In this document: piece after piece, positions 28,863 through 42,619 of the stretch
Position numbering within the stretch: the stretch's first letter is position 1
Layout of the letters: the number at the start of each line of letters is the position of its first letter
Origin: the human T2T-CHM13v2.0 reference genome, Homo sapiens
Reading direction: 5' to 3' (one strand)
Assembly: GCF_009914755.1 (NCBI RefSeq)
Contig: NC_060925.1
Length of the DNA stretch: 64,000 nucleotides
Notes under the pieces: generated by a model
What the model was told of the DNA's origin: nothing
Databases searched by the model: none
Seen by the model: only the letters and a program-made list of their open reading frames with translations
Made by a program: the position numbers and the translations under genes

Positions 28863-29482
28863 GTGGGCTTTAGAGTCCTGGAATCACTTCATCTTTGATC
28901 TGTATTTATAGCTTAATTTATCTTGATACAGGTTTCAAAATATAATTGAATAGCTACACTCACTTGATAATATTAAAGTAGGGCTATATCTTTAAGGCAC
29001 AGTATCAGCTGGCTGTGAACAAAATGCTGGCTGATATATATGGTCTTCTTTTTCTCTCTGTATTCTTTTTTGAATTCTCATTCCAGTTCTGGTTTTAAAT
29101 GTACCTTCAGTAAATAGATCCTCTTTATTTCCCTTCTAGTTCATTACTTACTTCCCATGCCTTCCTACTTATATAATCAAAATCTCATGATAGTTCTATG
29201 TTGTTTTTGTTGCTTTCCAATTACTTATCTGAGTCTTCCTCTTTTGAGAGAATATAACACCTTAATATTTATTGTAATAAATGGTTTGTTTTTATTCTTT
29301 TCCTTTATTTTATTTGCTATTTATTAGACTTTATTACTGTTTCTTCATTTTTCTTCTTACTTCTTTCTGTATTGATCAGCATCTTTTAAACCAGTTTTTT
29401 ATAATTATCTACTGGATTATCAAACTCTTGTGGTGAAGACCATTTTTTATCTGTTTCATTTTACTCCCCATCTTTCCACTTC

Positions 29483-31773
29483 TGATATGGTTTGGTTGTG
29501 TCCCTACCCAAATCTCAACTTGTTGTATCTCCCACAATTCCCACATGTTGTGGGAGGGGCCCGGGGTGGGGGGGGCAGTAATTGAATCATGGGGGCTGGA
29601 CTTTCCCATGCTATTCTCATGATAGTGAATAAGTCTCATGAGATCTGCTGGGTTTATCAGGGGTTTCCACTTTTGCTTCTTCCTCATTTTTCTCTTCCTG
29701 CTGCCATGTAAGAAGTATGTTTCACCTCCTGCCATTATTCTGAGGCCTCCCCAGCCAAGTGGAACTGGAAGTCTCATTAAACCTCTTTTTGTTCCCAGTT
29801 TCAGGTATGTTTTTATCAGCAGCATGAAAACAAACTAATGCAGTAAATTGGTACCAGGAGAGGGGTGTTGCTGAAAAGATACCTGAAAATGTGGAAGTGA
29901 CTTTGGAACTGGATAACAGGCAGAGGTTGGAACAGTTTGGAGGGCTCAGAAGAAGAAAGGAAAATGTGAGAAAGTTTGGAATCTCTTAGAGACTTGTTGA
30001 ATGGCTTTGACAAAAATGCTGATAGTGATAGGAACAATAAGGTCCAGGCTGTGGTTGTCTCAGGTGGAGATGAGGAACTTGTTGGGAACTGGAGCAGAGG
30101 TGGCTCTTGTTATGTTTTTGCAAAGAGACTGGTGGCCTATTGCCCCTGCCCTAGAGATTTGTGGAACTTTGAACTTGAGAGAGATGATTTAGGGTGTCTG
30201 GTGGAGGAAATTTCTTAGCAGCAAAGCATTCAAAAGGTGAGTTGGGTGCTGTTAAAAGCATTCTATTTTAAAAGGGAAACAGAGCATAAAAGTTCAGAAA
30301 ATTGGCAACCTGACAATGCAGTAGAGAAGAAAAACCCATTTTTTGAGGAGAAATTCATGCTGGCTGCAGAAATTTGCATAAGTAGCAAGGAGCCTAATGT
30401 TAATCCCCAAGACGATGGGGAAAATATCTCCAGGCCATGTCAGAGACCTTCATGGCAGCCCCTCCCATCACAGGCCCAGAGGCCCAGGAGGAAAAAGTGG
30501 TTTTGTGGGCTGGGCCCAGGGTCCCTGTGCTGTATGCAGTTTAGGGACTTGGTGCCCTGTGTCCCAGCTGTTCCAGCTGTGGCTGAAAGGAGCCAATGTA
30601 CAGCTCAGGCTGTGGCTTCAGAGGGTGGAAGCCCCAAGTCTTGGCAGCTTCCACATGGTGTTGAGTCTGAGGTGCACAGAAGTCAAGAATTGAGGTTTGG
30701 GAACCTCCACCTAGATTTCAGAAGTTGTATGGAAATGCCTGGATTCCCAGGCAGAAGTTTGCTGCAGGGGCAGGGCCCTCATGGAGAACCTCTGCTAGGG
30801 CAGTGTGGAAGGGAAATGTGGGGTTGGAGCCCCCACATGGAGTCCCTACGGGGGCACTGCCTAGTGGAATTTTGAGAAGAGGGCCACTGTCCTCCAGACC
30901 CCAGAATGGTAGATCCATTGGCAGCTTGCACTGTGCACCTGGAAAAGCCGCAGACACTCAACACCAGCCCATGAAAGCAGCCAGGAGGAAGGCTGTACTT
31001 CACAAAGCCACAGGGGTGGGGCTGCCCAAGACCATGGGAACCTACCTTTGGCATTGGCATGTCCTGGATGTGAGATCTGGAGTCAAAGGAGATCATTTTG
31101 GAGCTTTAAAATTTGACTGCCCCACTGGATTTCGGATTTGCATGGGCCCTGCAACACCTTTGTTTTGGCCAATTTTTCCCATTTGGAATGGCTGTATTCC
31201 CCCAATACCTGTACCTCCATTGTATCTGGGAAGTAACTAGCTTGATTTTGATTTTACAGGCTCATAGGTGGAAGGGACTTGCCTTGCCTCAGATAAGACT
31301 TTGGACTGTGGACTTTTGGGTTAATGCTGAAATGAACTAAGACTTTGGGGGACTGTTGGGAAGGCATCATTAGTTTTGAAATGTGAGGACATGAGATTTG
31401 GAGGGGCCAGGGGTGGAATGATATGGTTTGGCTGTGTCCCCACCCAAATCTCAACTTCAGTTGTATCTCCCATAATTCCCACATGTTGTGGGAGGGACCC
31501 AGGGGGAGGTAACTGAATCACGAGGGCTAGTCTTTGCTGTGGTATTCTCATGATAGTGAATAAATCTCACAAGATCTGATGGGTTTATCGGGGTTTCCAC
31601 TTTTGCTTCTTCCTTATTTTTCTCTTGCCGCCGCCATGTTAAGAAGTGCCTTTCACCTCCCATCATGATTCTGAGGCCTCCCCAGCCATGTGGAACTGTA
31701 AGTCTAATTAAACCTCTTTTTGTTTCCAGTTTCAGGTATGTCTTTATCAGCAGCATGAAAATGAACTAATATA
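29483..31773 (+). mobile_element. Full-length THE1A-type MaLR element: 5' LTR 29483-29842, internal region 29843-31418, 3' LTR 31419-31773
   Basis: Both LTRs start TGATATGGTTTGG and end ACTAAT(G/A)(C/T)A. The internal region starts GTAAATTGGTACC and ends in the polypurine tract GAGGGGCCAGGGGTGGAA. TSD ACTTC/ACTTT. Confidence 0.95.
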
Positions 31774-33038
31774 ACTTTTTTGCAGGCTTATAAGCATCCA
31801 TATACATACAGCACTAAATTTGATGCTGAGAATATAGCAGATTTTTAATACTTATGTGTAGCTGACAGTTTGACTGTGAAACTCAGTTGATTCCAGTGAA
31901 AAATGGTGTGTTGTAGTGGAAAGCCCACCTAGACCCAAATTAGTAGAATCCTGGTAGTGGTCCTTATTGGTGGTATGACTGCAGCACTAGTTGTTTTATC
32001 TTCTTGAATCTTAATTTAAAATGAGATAGCAATACTAGCTTACAGAACCATCGAAGAGACTAAATGGAATGGCATATGTGAAAATGTCTGGTAACTTTAT
32101 TGTTGCTGGTACCTTTACCTGTCTACCTTCCTCCCATCCCTTCTGCTGGCCAGTAGCATGAGTCATGAGGGGCACCATATGCAGTTATCTATATTCAGGC
32201 TATGGGTGCTGCAGAGAAGAGAGCCCATTAAAATTTGATGGTGTTCCCAGGAGCTGCTGGGCTGGAGAGGTAAAATGGAAGAGAAGAGAAAGAATAAGAA
32301 ATAAGAATAGTCAGAAATTTTGCAGCTTTTGAAGAAGGAAGGCACAGGCTTATGGTTTATGATCTGCTTGTATGCATGCCTGCCTATGGGTTGTATTTAT
32401 TCCTGCCTGAGATTACATCAAAGTACATCTACATCTATATTTCATATTCATCCTCTATACCATATATTCTCCTAAGGAGAACTCTTGAATGTGAACTGTG
32501 TGGCAGTGGTGTTTCCTTTGCAGCTTGCTTGCTTTATGAATGATTTTGTTGAAAGAATTTAAAAGCCTTTTCCTTCCTTTGGAGAAACCATAACTTATTT
32601 GGATAAATTGCTCCAGAATGGGATTCCCCTGTCTTTTCTGTTTGTATCTTTTCTGCCTTTTACCAATCCATGCCATGATGTTCTGTTGTGTGGGAACCAG
32701 TCTAAGACCTGGCTTCCTAGGGGGATAGCCCCCTTCCTCTGTGCCCACTTAGCACTTATCTGCATTTTCCCTCCATCAGCAGGCATTTGTGTCCCCTCTG
32801 TGTTATTCTCGTGGCCCTCTTGTTTCTTCACTGAGATTGAGGGCGGGGGTCATGTTCTCCTTTCCCTGTTCTCTAGGGTGACTTGTGTATATATTCTTAG
32901 ACCCACAATAGATGCCCAACAAATGCAAGATGAGTGAGAGGTGAAAAGCAGGGTTCTGTGCAAACCTGTCCATGGAGCTGGGCAGGGCGGGAGGTATGGA
33001 AATCATGAGCCCAGCTTACGCCTTATCGTCCATGTTCA

Positions 33039-33503
<465 letters not shown>

Positions 33504-34739
33504 CTGGGTGACATGGAGTGGGGTCCTTTGATCAGGACTCTGAGGAGGCTGGTGTGTTTCTCCCTTCCTGTTTCAGAGGCAGCCCACATCATTTAGCCAA
33601 TTAAGTTGGAGGACTCTATTTTCTGTTTGAGTGTTTGTTGTTTTTTGTTTAAAATAAATGATGTGTTAATACAGTCAGTTGTTTGCATGACACAGATTTC
33701 TTTTCAATCAGTCTCTTTTCCCCTCTCCCCACTCTTCCTGGACAATTAGCAAAGTGTTTGGTCTTTGGTTTGGATGAATAATTGATTCAGAAGCTTTGTG
33801 AATGATTCATGGCCCATATGCTGGGGCAGCATGATGTGGTGTATGGGTGTGTGGCAGCAGCACCTCATTACAAAGGTCAAGCTTCTCCCAAGCTTGGTGC
33901 AGGGGCTGTGCAGGCCACCTCCAGGGGCAGAGCACGTTGCACCTGATCTTTCTCTCATGTTCTCTCAAAGAGAGAGTGTTGGAGCTTCTTCCAGAAAAGC
34001 AAGGTTCTCTATGGGTGTATGACTTCCAGACCAGTGATTCTGGTTTGGGTTGGATTTGTCAGTGAACTGAAGCTTTCCCCTTTAAGCCAACACTTCACTC
34101 TCCCCAAGCTGAATAGCTGATTTGATTTTCAAAGCATTTGAGGAAAGGAGATCTCTTGCCTGTCTTCCTTTACATTACAGTACTTCAAACCTTCCCAAGC
34201 AGGGGATACTTTTTTCTTTGGATCTTCTCCTAAACACTCCCTGCTACTACGCTAATTTTATTTCCTTGTCTATCTCCTTTACTGGAGATGGAGAACACCT
34301 GGTTACCATTCGCTTTATAGGTCTCCCTTGTCTTTGAAGACTATTATTACATACTTGCTTGCATGAGGCAATGGGACTGTTGCCTAGCTTGTGGAAGAGT
34401 GGCATTCCCTATCTACAAAACCTCTCAGTATTTGAGACTTCTTAATGTGTCCTGGTCTTTAGAAGCTGAGTTAGGAAAAATAAGTTGGTTACATTAAGTC
34501 CTGAACCAAGTTTTTTGTCTCTTAGGCAGTCAGATCCCACATTTTTAAATAGGGAATCGAGACAGAGACAGGATATGAATAAAATCCAAGACTCTGATGA
34601 AGATGTGGCAGTTTGGTGATTGATCATTTGGGGTTTTTTTAGTAAGATCATAAAAATATTGCATAAAAATTTATTTTCTAGCATAAGTTATGATTATCAT
34701 GTTTAGGTCCCTAATCCATATGGTGTTTCTTTGCATCTA

Positions 34740-35640
34740 GTATGTGAGGTATGACTATACCTATATGTTTTTCCGTCACTTCCCAACTCCACTGAGTGAA
34801 TACTAACAGTACAACTTTTGCCCACTGATTTGTAATGTCACTTCTGTTTGTATACCAAATTCCCATATATATGTGGTCTGTTTTTAGGCTGTCTTTTCTA
34901 TCCCATTGGCAATGATTAATGACTATATTTTTATAAAACTTTTTGATAACTGATAGTGCCAATCTTCCCCTCCATTTGTCTTTAAAACTGGCTAATCTTA
35001 GCCATTATAATTTCATATGAATTAGAACTAACTTGTCAAAATCTTCAGGTTTTGTTTGGAAATGCAGTGGATTTATTGACTACTTTTGGGGAAAATTAAC
35101 ATTTTCACAATGTTGAATCTTACCAATATTTCTCCACTTATTTGGGATATATTTTATACCCTATTATAGTTTTGGAGATTTTTTCCACTTATGACTTGCG
35201 CATCTTTGTTATAATTTTTCTTCTGTATCTTGTAATTTTATTACTCTTGTGAATGATTTAATTTTTTTATTTCTAATAGAATGTTGCTAATGTATAGGAA
35301 TGTTAGTTTTTATTCGTTGATGTTATATCCAGCAATCGTGTAAAAGTTTGTTAGTTAAAATCATGTTGGTAGATTTTTTTTTAGATTATATAGGTAGAAA
35401 ACTGTATTAACTACAAACAAGTGTTATTGTATTTGTTTCTTTCTAATTCACCTAGTATATGTTTCTTTTTCTTATCTTATTGCCCTAAACAGGACTTCCA
35501 GGAAAATGTTGGGTAATGACAGTAATAGAAGGCTGTCTTATTTTGTTCCTTATTTAAAGTTTAACAATGAAGACAGATGTTCCTTATAATGTTATGGTGA
35601 ATACTCTTTATAAAGGAAGTAAAGAATGATTGTTAAACTA
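34740..35640 (-). mobile_element. Old L1M ORF2-region fragment
   Basis: Degenerate antisense L1: ttgctaatgtataggaatg, tatatccagcaa, aggacttccaggaaaatgttg. Confidence 0.65.
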
Positions 35641-35649
35641 ATGTCAATA

Positions 35650-35955
35650 ATAGCTCAATATTTTCATCTAATTCATAAACTCAAAGGTTTTGGAAGTTCA
35701 TTCTGTAGAAGATTAAACATTGACATTATTGTGGGTGCTATTGAAAACTGAGTTAAAAGTTTAGTACTAGCAATAAGCTTATTTTTGGAGTGATAATATA
35801 CATACAATTTTGATGAAACATGATGTTATTGTATAAACAAAGTTTTTACTAAATTAAGAAACCTATGGAACAGAAACATATAGGATGAATTGTATGGACA
35901 AAGAATTCATTATCACAGCCACACAAAGTATGGTATTCCGCATTTTGAAATAAAG
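35650..35955 (+). mobile_element. hAT (Blackjack-like) transposase fossil, first part
   Basis: Broken frames give LEVHSVED, DIIVGAIEN, DNIHT, NKVFTKLRNLWNRN, which resemble a hAT catalytic region. Confidence 0.6.
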
Positions 35956-35959
35956 ACTA

Positions 35960-36092
35960 TGTATTGGGTACAGTATACACTGCTTGGGTGACGGCTACAC
36001 TAAAATCTCAGAAATCCCCACTAAAGAATTTATCCATGTAACCAAAACTACCTGTACCCCCAAAACTATTGAAATAAAAATAAAAAATAAGA
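35960..36092 (+). mobile_element. L1PB/L1MA-type 3' terminal fragment with A-rich tail
   Basis: attgggtacagtatacactgcttgggtgacgg...ccactaaagaatttatccatgtaaccaaaac...gaaataaaaataaaaa. Confidence 0.85.
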
Positions 36093-36099
36093 AAAGAAG

Positions 36100-36560
36100 T
36101 AGTAGGCAAATAGAATGAGTAAAAAAGAAAAAGTAACAAGAAAATTTAGCAAGTTCATCAAAAAGCAAGAAAGCAGAGAAAGGAAGTGATTTTAAAGTGA
36201 GGCAAGCAGAATGTGTGAAAGTAGAAGTAAGTCCTGACTTAATAGCAATTGAAACAAATGTAACAGATTAAACTTATTTTTTAAAAGTCAGAGGCCCTGT
36301 GACTTTATTTAATTTTTTGATCTTATGTTTAAATGACTAAGCTAAGTAAAATGACACTAGAAAATTGAAAATAGAGGAGGTGGCAAAAGGTGTTCTAGAC
36401 AAATGCCAACCAAAAGTAAGTGAACATAACATTAAAAAAATTCAAGGTGAAAATATCAAAGGAAACAATAGTGACCATTTCACTGTGATAAAAAGAAAAT
36501 AATTGAAGGACATTTAAAACTTATGCACCGTCAGAATAAATGTCTGTTAAAAACGTAAAG
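36100..36560 (+). mobile_element. Old L1M fragment (ORF1 end/ORF2 start), opposite orientation to the flanking L1M pieces
   Basis: aaatgtaacagattaaac...gacaaatgccaaccaaaag...ttcaaggtgaaaaatatc...ttatgcacc resembles the L1 endonuclease region. Confidence 0.5.
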
Positions 36561-36579
36561 GTAACTATTAGGTAAGGAG

Positions 36580-36907
36580 ATTTCCAACTGGTTTTGAACA
36601 AAATGCAACAAAAATTTAGGGGTCTTCATAAAAAAGTTCAGTATCATTTTGGGCACTTAGGTTGATTTACAAAGCAGGTCCTCAGAGGCTTAAACATTTA
36701 TAAAATGTTTCCCCTCCCCCATTTGTCTTTAAAATTGGCTAATCTTAGGCATTAGAGGTCCTGAACTAAGTTTTGAACAAGGTAATGGGCAGCAAAGAGA
36801 AAAAATGTATGCTGCAATTCTGACTTTATAAAAATTCACCACCAACATCATCACAAAACTTTTGTAGTTCAGTTACTCTGTGTATTTGAAATTTTTGATA
36901 AAACTAT
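36580..36907 (-). mobile_element. hAT transposase fossil, second part (inverted)
   Basis: Reverse strand gives RVTELQKFCDD, FFSLLPIT, MFKPLRTCFVNQPKCP, KFLLHFVQNQLE. Confidence 0.6.
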
Positions 36908-37103
36908 AATGTGTGTATATAAATATATTTTTATGTATATATGTATAAATGTAAATTACATTTCTGCCATATATACACACACATACATACATATGTAATA
37001 CACCCATACCCATGCACATATAGATGATTACCTTTAAATTTTTAACCACTCTATTGTTGTCTTTTATCCTTTGTGGCTGATAGTGCTTCCAATATCAACA
37101 TGA

Positions 37104-37407
<304 letters not shown>

Positions 37408-38506
37408 AACATGATTATTTCTTTACAGATAACTTTTGTTTCCTCTTTCATTGGAAGCATTAGCATTTTTTCCTTACTTTTGGTGCTGTAAAATTTCACT
37501 AATATGTGTCTTATATGATGGTTTCTATTTATTTTTATTTTTATGGCATTTTAAGATTTCTATTTTTATTCAATGCTGGGAAGTACTTTTGAATTGATTC
37601 TTTTACTTTCAAATTCTCTGCTTCTCCACTTCTTAATTTTGCTTCTCTCCATTTTATCTATTCTTTATTTGTAGCACTTGTTTTAAATGATGTTGGAATT
37701 TCTTCCCTCTATTTTTAATCTTTTCTTTATATTTTTCATCTTTTTCTTACTCTTGTGTTGATTTCTGGGAACACTGCTCAGTTCAGTTTTTCACATCTCA
37801 AATTCACCTGTCTATTTTGCCACTCAATCTACTTAATCATTTTAAAAGTTTTCAGTTATCGAAATGTTCAATTGCACCATCTCTAGGTAATTTTGTAAAA
37901 TGCTTGCAATATTCTCACACTTTTCTCTAAGCTGATAATTATATGTCTTCATTCTCATTGAGTATAAGTTCTTTGATTGTTGAGTTTGTTCTCTCTCTCT
38001 CCGTGGTATTGAAATTCCTCAAGTTTTTGGTGATTCTTGATTGTAATATTATCTTCTTTCTACCATGTCTGTTTGTGCAAACTTCTTGGAAGGAGAATAC
38101 CTATGAAGCTAATAGTCTGGCAAGGGTATAGAAGTGGTGAGACCTGCTGCTGGATGGGTCACTTTGATGACCAGTCCCCTGGGAGAGAGCACTTCCTGTT
38201 CCTCTCAGGCATGGAAAGGCATGAGAGCACTTCCCCATCTTTCTCACCCAACTTTCATGCCCATTGCCCCTGCTTGTGGGCAGATTTTCCTTTTTGCTGC
38301 CTGGTCTGAGGGATAAGGTGGGTTAAGGAGGAGGGTTAAAGTGAGTGCTTGATCTTCCTGCTACTGTATTCAAACCATCACCCTGTTGGTCACCTGGATC
38401 CCATCAGATCCCAGTGGCCACCCTCTGTAGGTGGGAGCACTTGTGGTGACATGCCTACATTTAGAGTGGTCATATTCTCTTCTGAGGGCTGGGGGCCGTG
38501 GTTTCT

Positions 38507-38834
<328 letters not shown>

Positions 38835-39029
38835 TAAAAATCAGATTGTAGCTACTTTCTGTCCAGAGGGGATTCATCACAACATCTAGCCTAGTGAGGG
38901 TTTGTTTCTCTTTTTTCTGTCCAGTGTGGTTACTGTATGTATATAGAAAATGATTTCTAGGAATTTGGTGGAAGGGGGGAGAGGTCACAGTGTGTGTTCA
39001 GTCTACCTGTCTGAGAGAGAAGTTGAGGC

Positions 39030-39370
39030 AATATTTTCTTCTAACCTCTCTGAGTCTCAGTTACTTCACATTCAAAATGAGGTGGTGATGATGATGAAGC
39101 ATGAGGGTGGTAGTGGTGATTCTCAGTTAATATTTGAAATTGGAGTGTATGTCAGGCACTGTTCTAAGTACTTTACCTGTGCAAACACATCTAATGCCTC
39201 AACAACCCTATGATGTCTATTCTATTACTATTGCCATTTTATAGATGAAGAAACAGAGGTACAGTGAGATTAAATAATTTACCCAGATAAGGGGCTACCT
39301 ACTATGTAGGATTAGTTTGAGAATTATTAAGCTAACACATGTAAAGCACTTAGCATAGTACCTGAAATAT
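39030..39370. mobile_element. Nested MIRs: + strand MIR interrupted by a - strand MIR (~39115-39287)
   Basis: taacctctctgagtctcagtt...aaaatgagg | reverse MIR core ccattttatagatgaagaaacagagg | ...catgtaaagcacttagcatagtacctg. Confidence 0.6.
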
Positions 39371-40369
39371 ATTGGAACAACAAAAATGGCACTAATAAAT
39401 ATATACTGAGTGAATGAAAAGTCACCAAATATTTATATTCCATGCAGTTTGCAGAAGATCTTGTAGAAGTTAGTTGGACAGGGTGCCCTGTTCTAGTGTT
39501 TTCTGTCTTAGTGTTTTTATGTAATATAAAAGCTGTGTGTTTCTGGCCATTTGATTCTTACCCTACCAGCTCAATATTTAAAATTTTTACATATTGAGTT
39601 ATTGGTGCTTGAAACCATTTTAAATCTTTCTGCTTTCTCATATGATATGATTGCAAATAAATTAGGTAATGAGTTTTAAAAAATCAGTTGTGGTTAATCT
39701 TTCAGGTTCAGAGAACTGAAAAATATATCTGCTTTAAGGGAACTTACATTCTAATTTCCATACACATATATATTACATGCATTTTTATACATGCTGCATG
39801 AGAAAGATGTCCTTTATATGGTGGTTCTGTATTGAATACCAGCATCCAGCACATTGTCTGGCACAGAGCAGGTGTTCAATAAAGTACTGCTGATTCAATG
39901 GAATCTTTTTCATGTGTTATACGTAAATGTGCATGTATATGTAAATTGGAATGCAAATCTGTGCCTTCCTGGGACCCATAGTCTAGTGGAAGAGAGTGAC
40001 AAGAAGCAATTGCAATACATCACCGCACTAATGCTCTGTTGAATGTATTCTGGGAGTATGGAAGAAGGAGAAGGTGACTGTGTTTGGGAAAAAAAAATCA
40101 CAGAGAGGTGATATTTATTTAAGCTGGATGTTGAAGGTGGGTAGGAGATTGCCAAGGAGAACATGGGAAAGGGCATTCAGTCAGGGAAAGTGGAGGAAAG
40201 CAAACTGACTAGCAAAGTCCTGAGAATCTACAAAGTGAAAATCTGTTCAGTGATATAGTGTTAATCTGAAAAGGCTTCTGTTGAATTTTGAAAAAGATCA
40301 TGCAGAAGATGATAAGCATGGTTTCACAAAATGTAATATAATTCTGCAATTCTTTGCCTAAAGGCTTTC

Positions 40370-40835
40370 AGTGGTTTGCTGTTTTCTGCAGCAGAATACA
40401 AGATCCCTCCTGACCTGACCACATGCAGCCTGCCCTCCAGCTATACTGGACTACTTGTGGTTCCTTGAATTGTGTGCTATTTCATGCCTCCTTCCTTTTG
40501 AATGTGCTCTTTTGCATGCTGTAACACCAACCCTGCCATCCCTCTGGCTGGTATCTATTCAGCTAAGTGACTATTCCCTGACTGTGCTTCCTCCCCATTT
40601 CCTTCTATTTTCCGTTACTCGTTGACTAGGCTCACCCTAAACTTCACTCACCCAGTTGACATTAGTATCTCCTCCACTACATAGCTTCTCACCAAGGGCT
40701 TGAAGGCAGGGGTTGTATTGTATTCTATTTGAACTCCTTGTGTGCCTGGCACTTAGTAGTCATTCAGCAAATATTACCAAATGAACAGATAATGACTGAA
40801 CAAGCTAATTAATGAATTAATGAATGAATGAATGG
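40370..40835 (+). mobile_element. L2 fragment with 3' tail
   Basis: gtgcctggcacttagtagtcattcagcaaatatt...(tgaa)n. Confidence 0.65.
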
Positions 40836-41900
40836 CAGATATGAAAGGGGGAAGAATTCAGGAAGACAGGCAAAATATTTCAAGGATACCTTTAAGGCCA
40901 AATGAAGAAATGGAAGGTTGATCCAGCCAATCCTTGTCACATGATCACCTTCATGGGAGGAAGAATATATTATTCCCGGTCTGCTTACCCCTTCTCTAAT
41001 GGTCCTTTTACCACTACTAATGCTCTGTATGAGCCTCTCAATCCAGGTGTCCCGCAAGGTCTGAGTCCCACTGAAGCTTTTCTTAAGTTGAGTAAAAGTA
41101 ACCTGAAAAAACTGATAAGCATTTTTCTTAGTAGAAATCCTTCCTCTGAGCAGTAACCTCTGAATATTATGTATAAAACCATTACATTACTTAATGGATA
41201 AGACTCATGTTAAAATTCACCTTGTCTCCACAGAAGATAGACCCAGAGTTTAGTCTTTGCTTTTAGTGGCCACATGTAAAAGTGGTGTACAGTGGAGCTG
41301 TATTACTTATTATAGGTCTTGTGTTAAAATAGGACAAAGGTAAAATTAGAAACCAGGATGCCAGATTTCAGGTCCCCAGTCTTACAACAAATAAACATGC
41401 TTCCTATTTAGGTCCTCTTTGGTCTCTCTCCTCCTTATCATCACCATCAGCAGATGCTCAATGAACACCTCCTATTTGGGTGTGACATCCTGTTGTGTGC
41501 TTGTGATGCACAGTTAGACCCTTCAGATTGTTTATAATAAGGGAGATGGAGAACCTTCACAAAATCCCCCGATGTAAACGCATTTCCTAGATCCCTTGTG
41601 GAATTTATTGTAATTCTATACATGCACACAATAAACATCAGAGGGCTTCGAGTAGGTGCCTCATCATCAGGAATGCCCTGTATCCTCATCTCCCAAACCG
41701 TGGCACAGGGCTGATTCCCCTGTGTTTACTACCCTAATCTCTGTGCTCTATGGCAACATGGTGTTTTATATGGCTTTTATATGGTAGTGTGTACTCCTTG
41801 TGTGCCTGGCACTTAGTAGTTATTCAGCAATATTTGATAAATATTGAACAAATTAACAAATGAATGACACATATGAAAGTGAGAGAATTAGGAAGGCAGA

Positions 41901-42619
41901 TGATGGGGTTTAGAATATGCTCCCCAAAATATGTCACCTTGGCGTACTCAATGTTTTAAGCTAAAGGAATTTGAAAAACAACGTGTGCAGGAAAGACTCT
42001 CTGGTCTTCCCCTGAAAGAGCTCATAGAACGCTCATGTGAGAGGTGCCCTCCCATCCCTGGAGGAAAGGAGCATCGTGATCCCTGAAGACAGAGGGACAC
42101 TGACAGGGATATGAACAAATGGACCTCGCAAAGTCTCCCCTAGTTTACTGTACTTAGCCCACACCATTTTGTCTTATTGTATTTTTCCATAATTTTCCAC
42201 TCTTCATCAAACCTGGTATTAAAACAGTCAGGTATAATCATTTCTTGGAGTCCTCATTTCCTTATAAAGGCTCCTGTGTCTTATAAAAGTTATACAGGTT
42301 AAGCATCCCTAATCCAAAAATCCAAGATCAGGAAATGCTCCAAAATCTGTAACTTCTTGTAACGTGGTATTCAAATGCTCATTGGAGCATTTCAGATTTT
42401 GGAGTTTTGGATTAGAGATGCTCAACTGGTGAGTATAACATGAATATTCCCAAATCAAAGAAATCCAAAACACCTCTGCTCCCATGCATTTTGGATAAAG
42501 GATATTTAACCTGAATTAAATAAATCTGTATGTTTTTCTTTTGTTAATTTGTCTTTTGTTATAGAACCACAGCTGAGAACCTGGAAGGGTAAAAGGAAAA
42601 GGTTTTTTCCTCCACTACG
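41901..42619 (+). mobile_element. ERV1-class solo LTR (MER34/MER39/MER93-like) interrupted by Tigger4a
   Basis: tgatggggtttagaatatgctccccaaaatatg...ctaaaggaatttg...attaaataaatctgtatgtttttcttttgttaat...ttttcctccactac. Confidence 0.7.
42295..42513 (-). mobile_element. Tigger4a/MER46-type MITE
   Basis: Terminal inverted repeats CAGGTTAAGCATCC / GGATATTTAACCTG, internal palindromic aaatgctcc/ggagcattt units, TA at the left flank. Confidence 0.85.

Noticed and set aside
30237-31240. 212-aa and 171-aa ORFs
   Set aside because: They lie in the THE1 internal region; broken remnants of the MaLR ORF, common to such copies.
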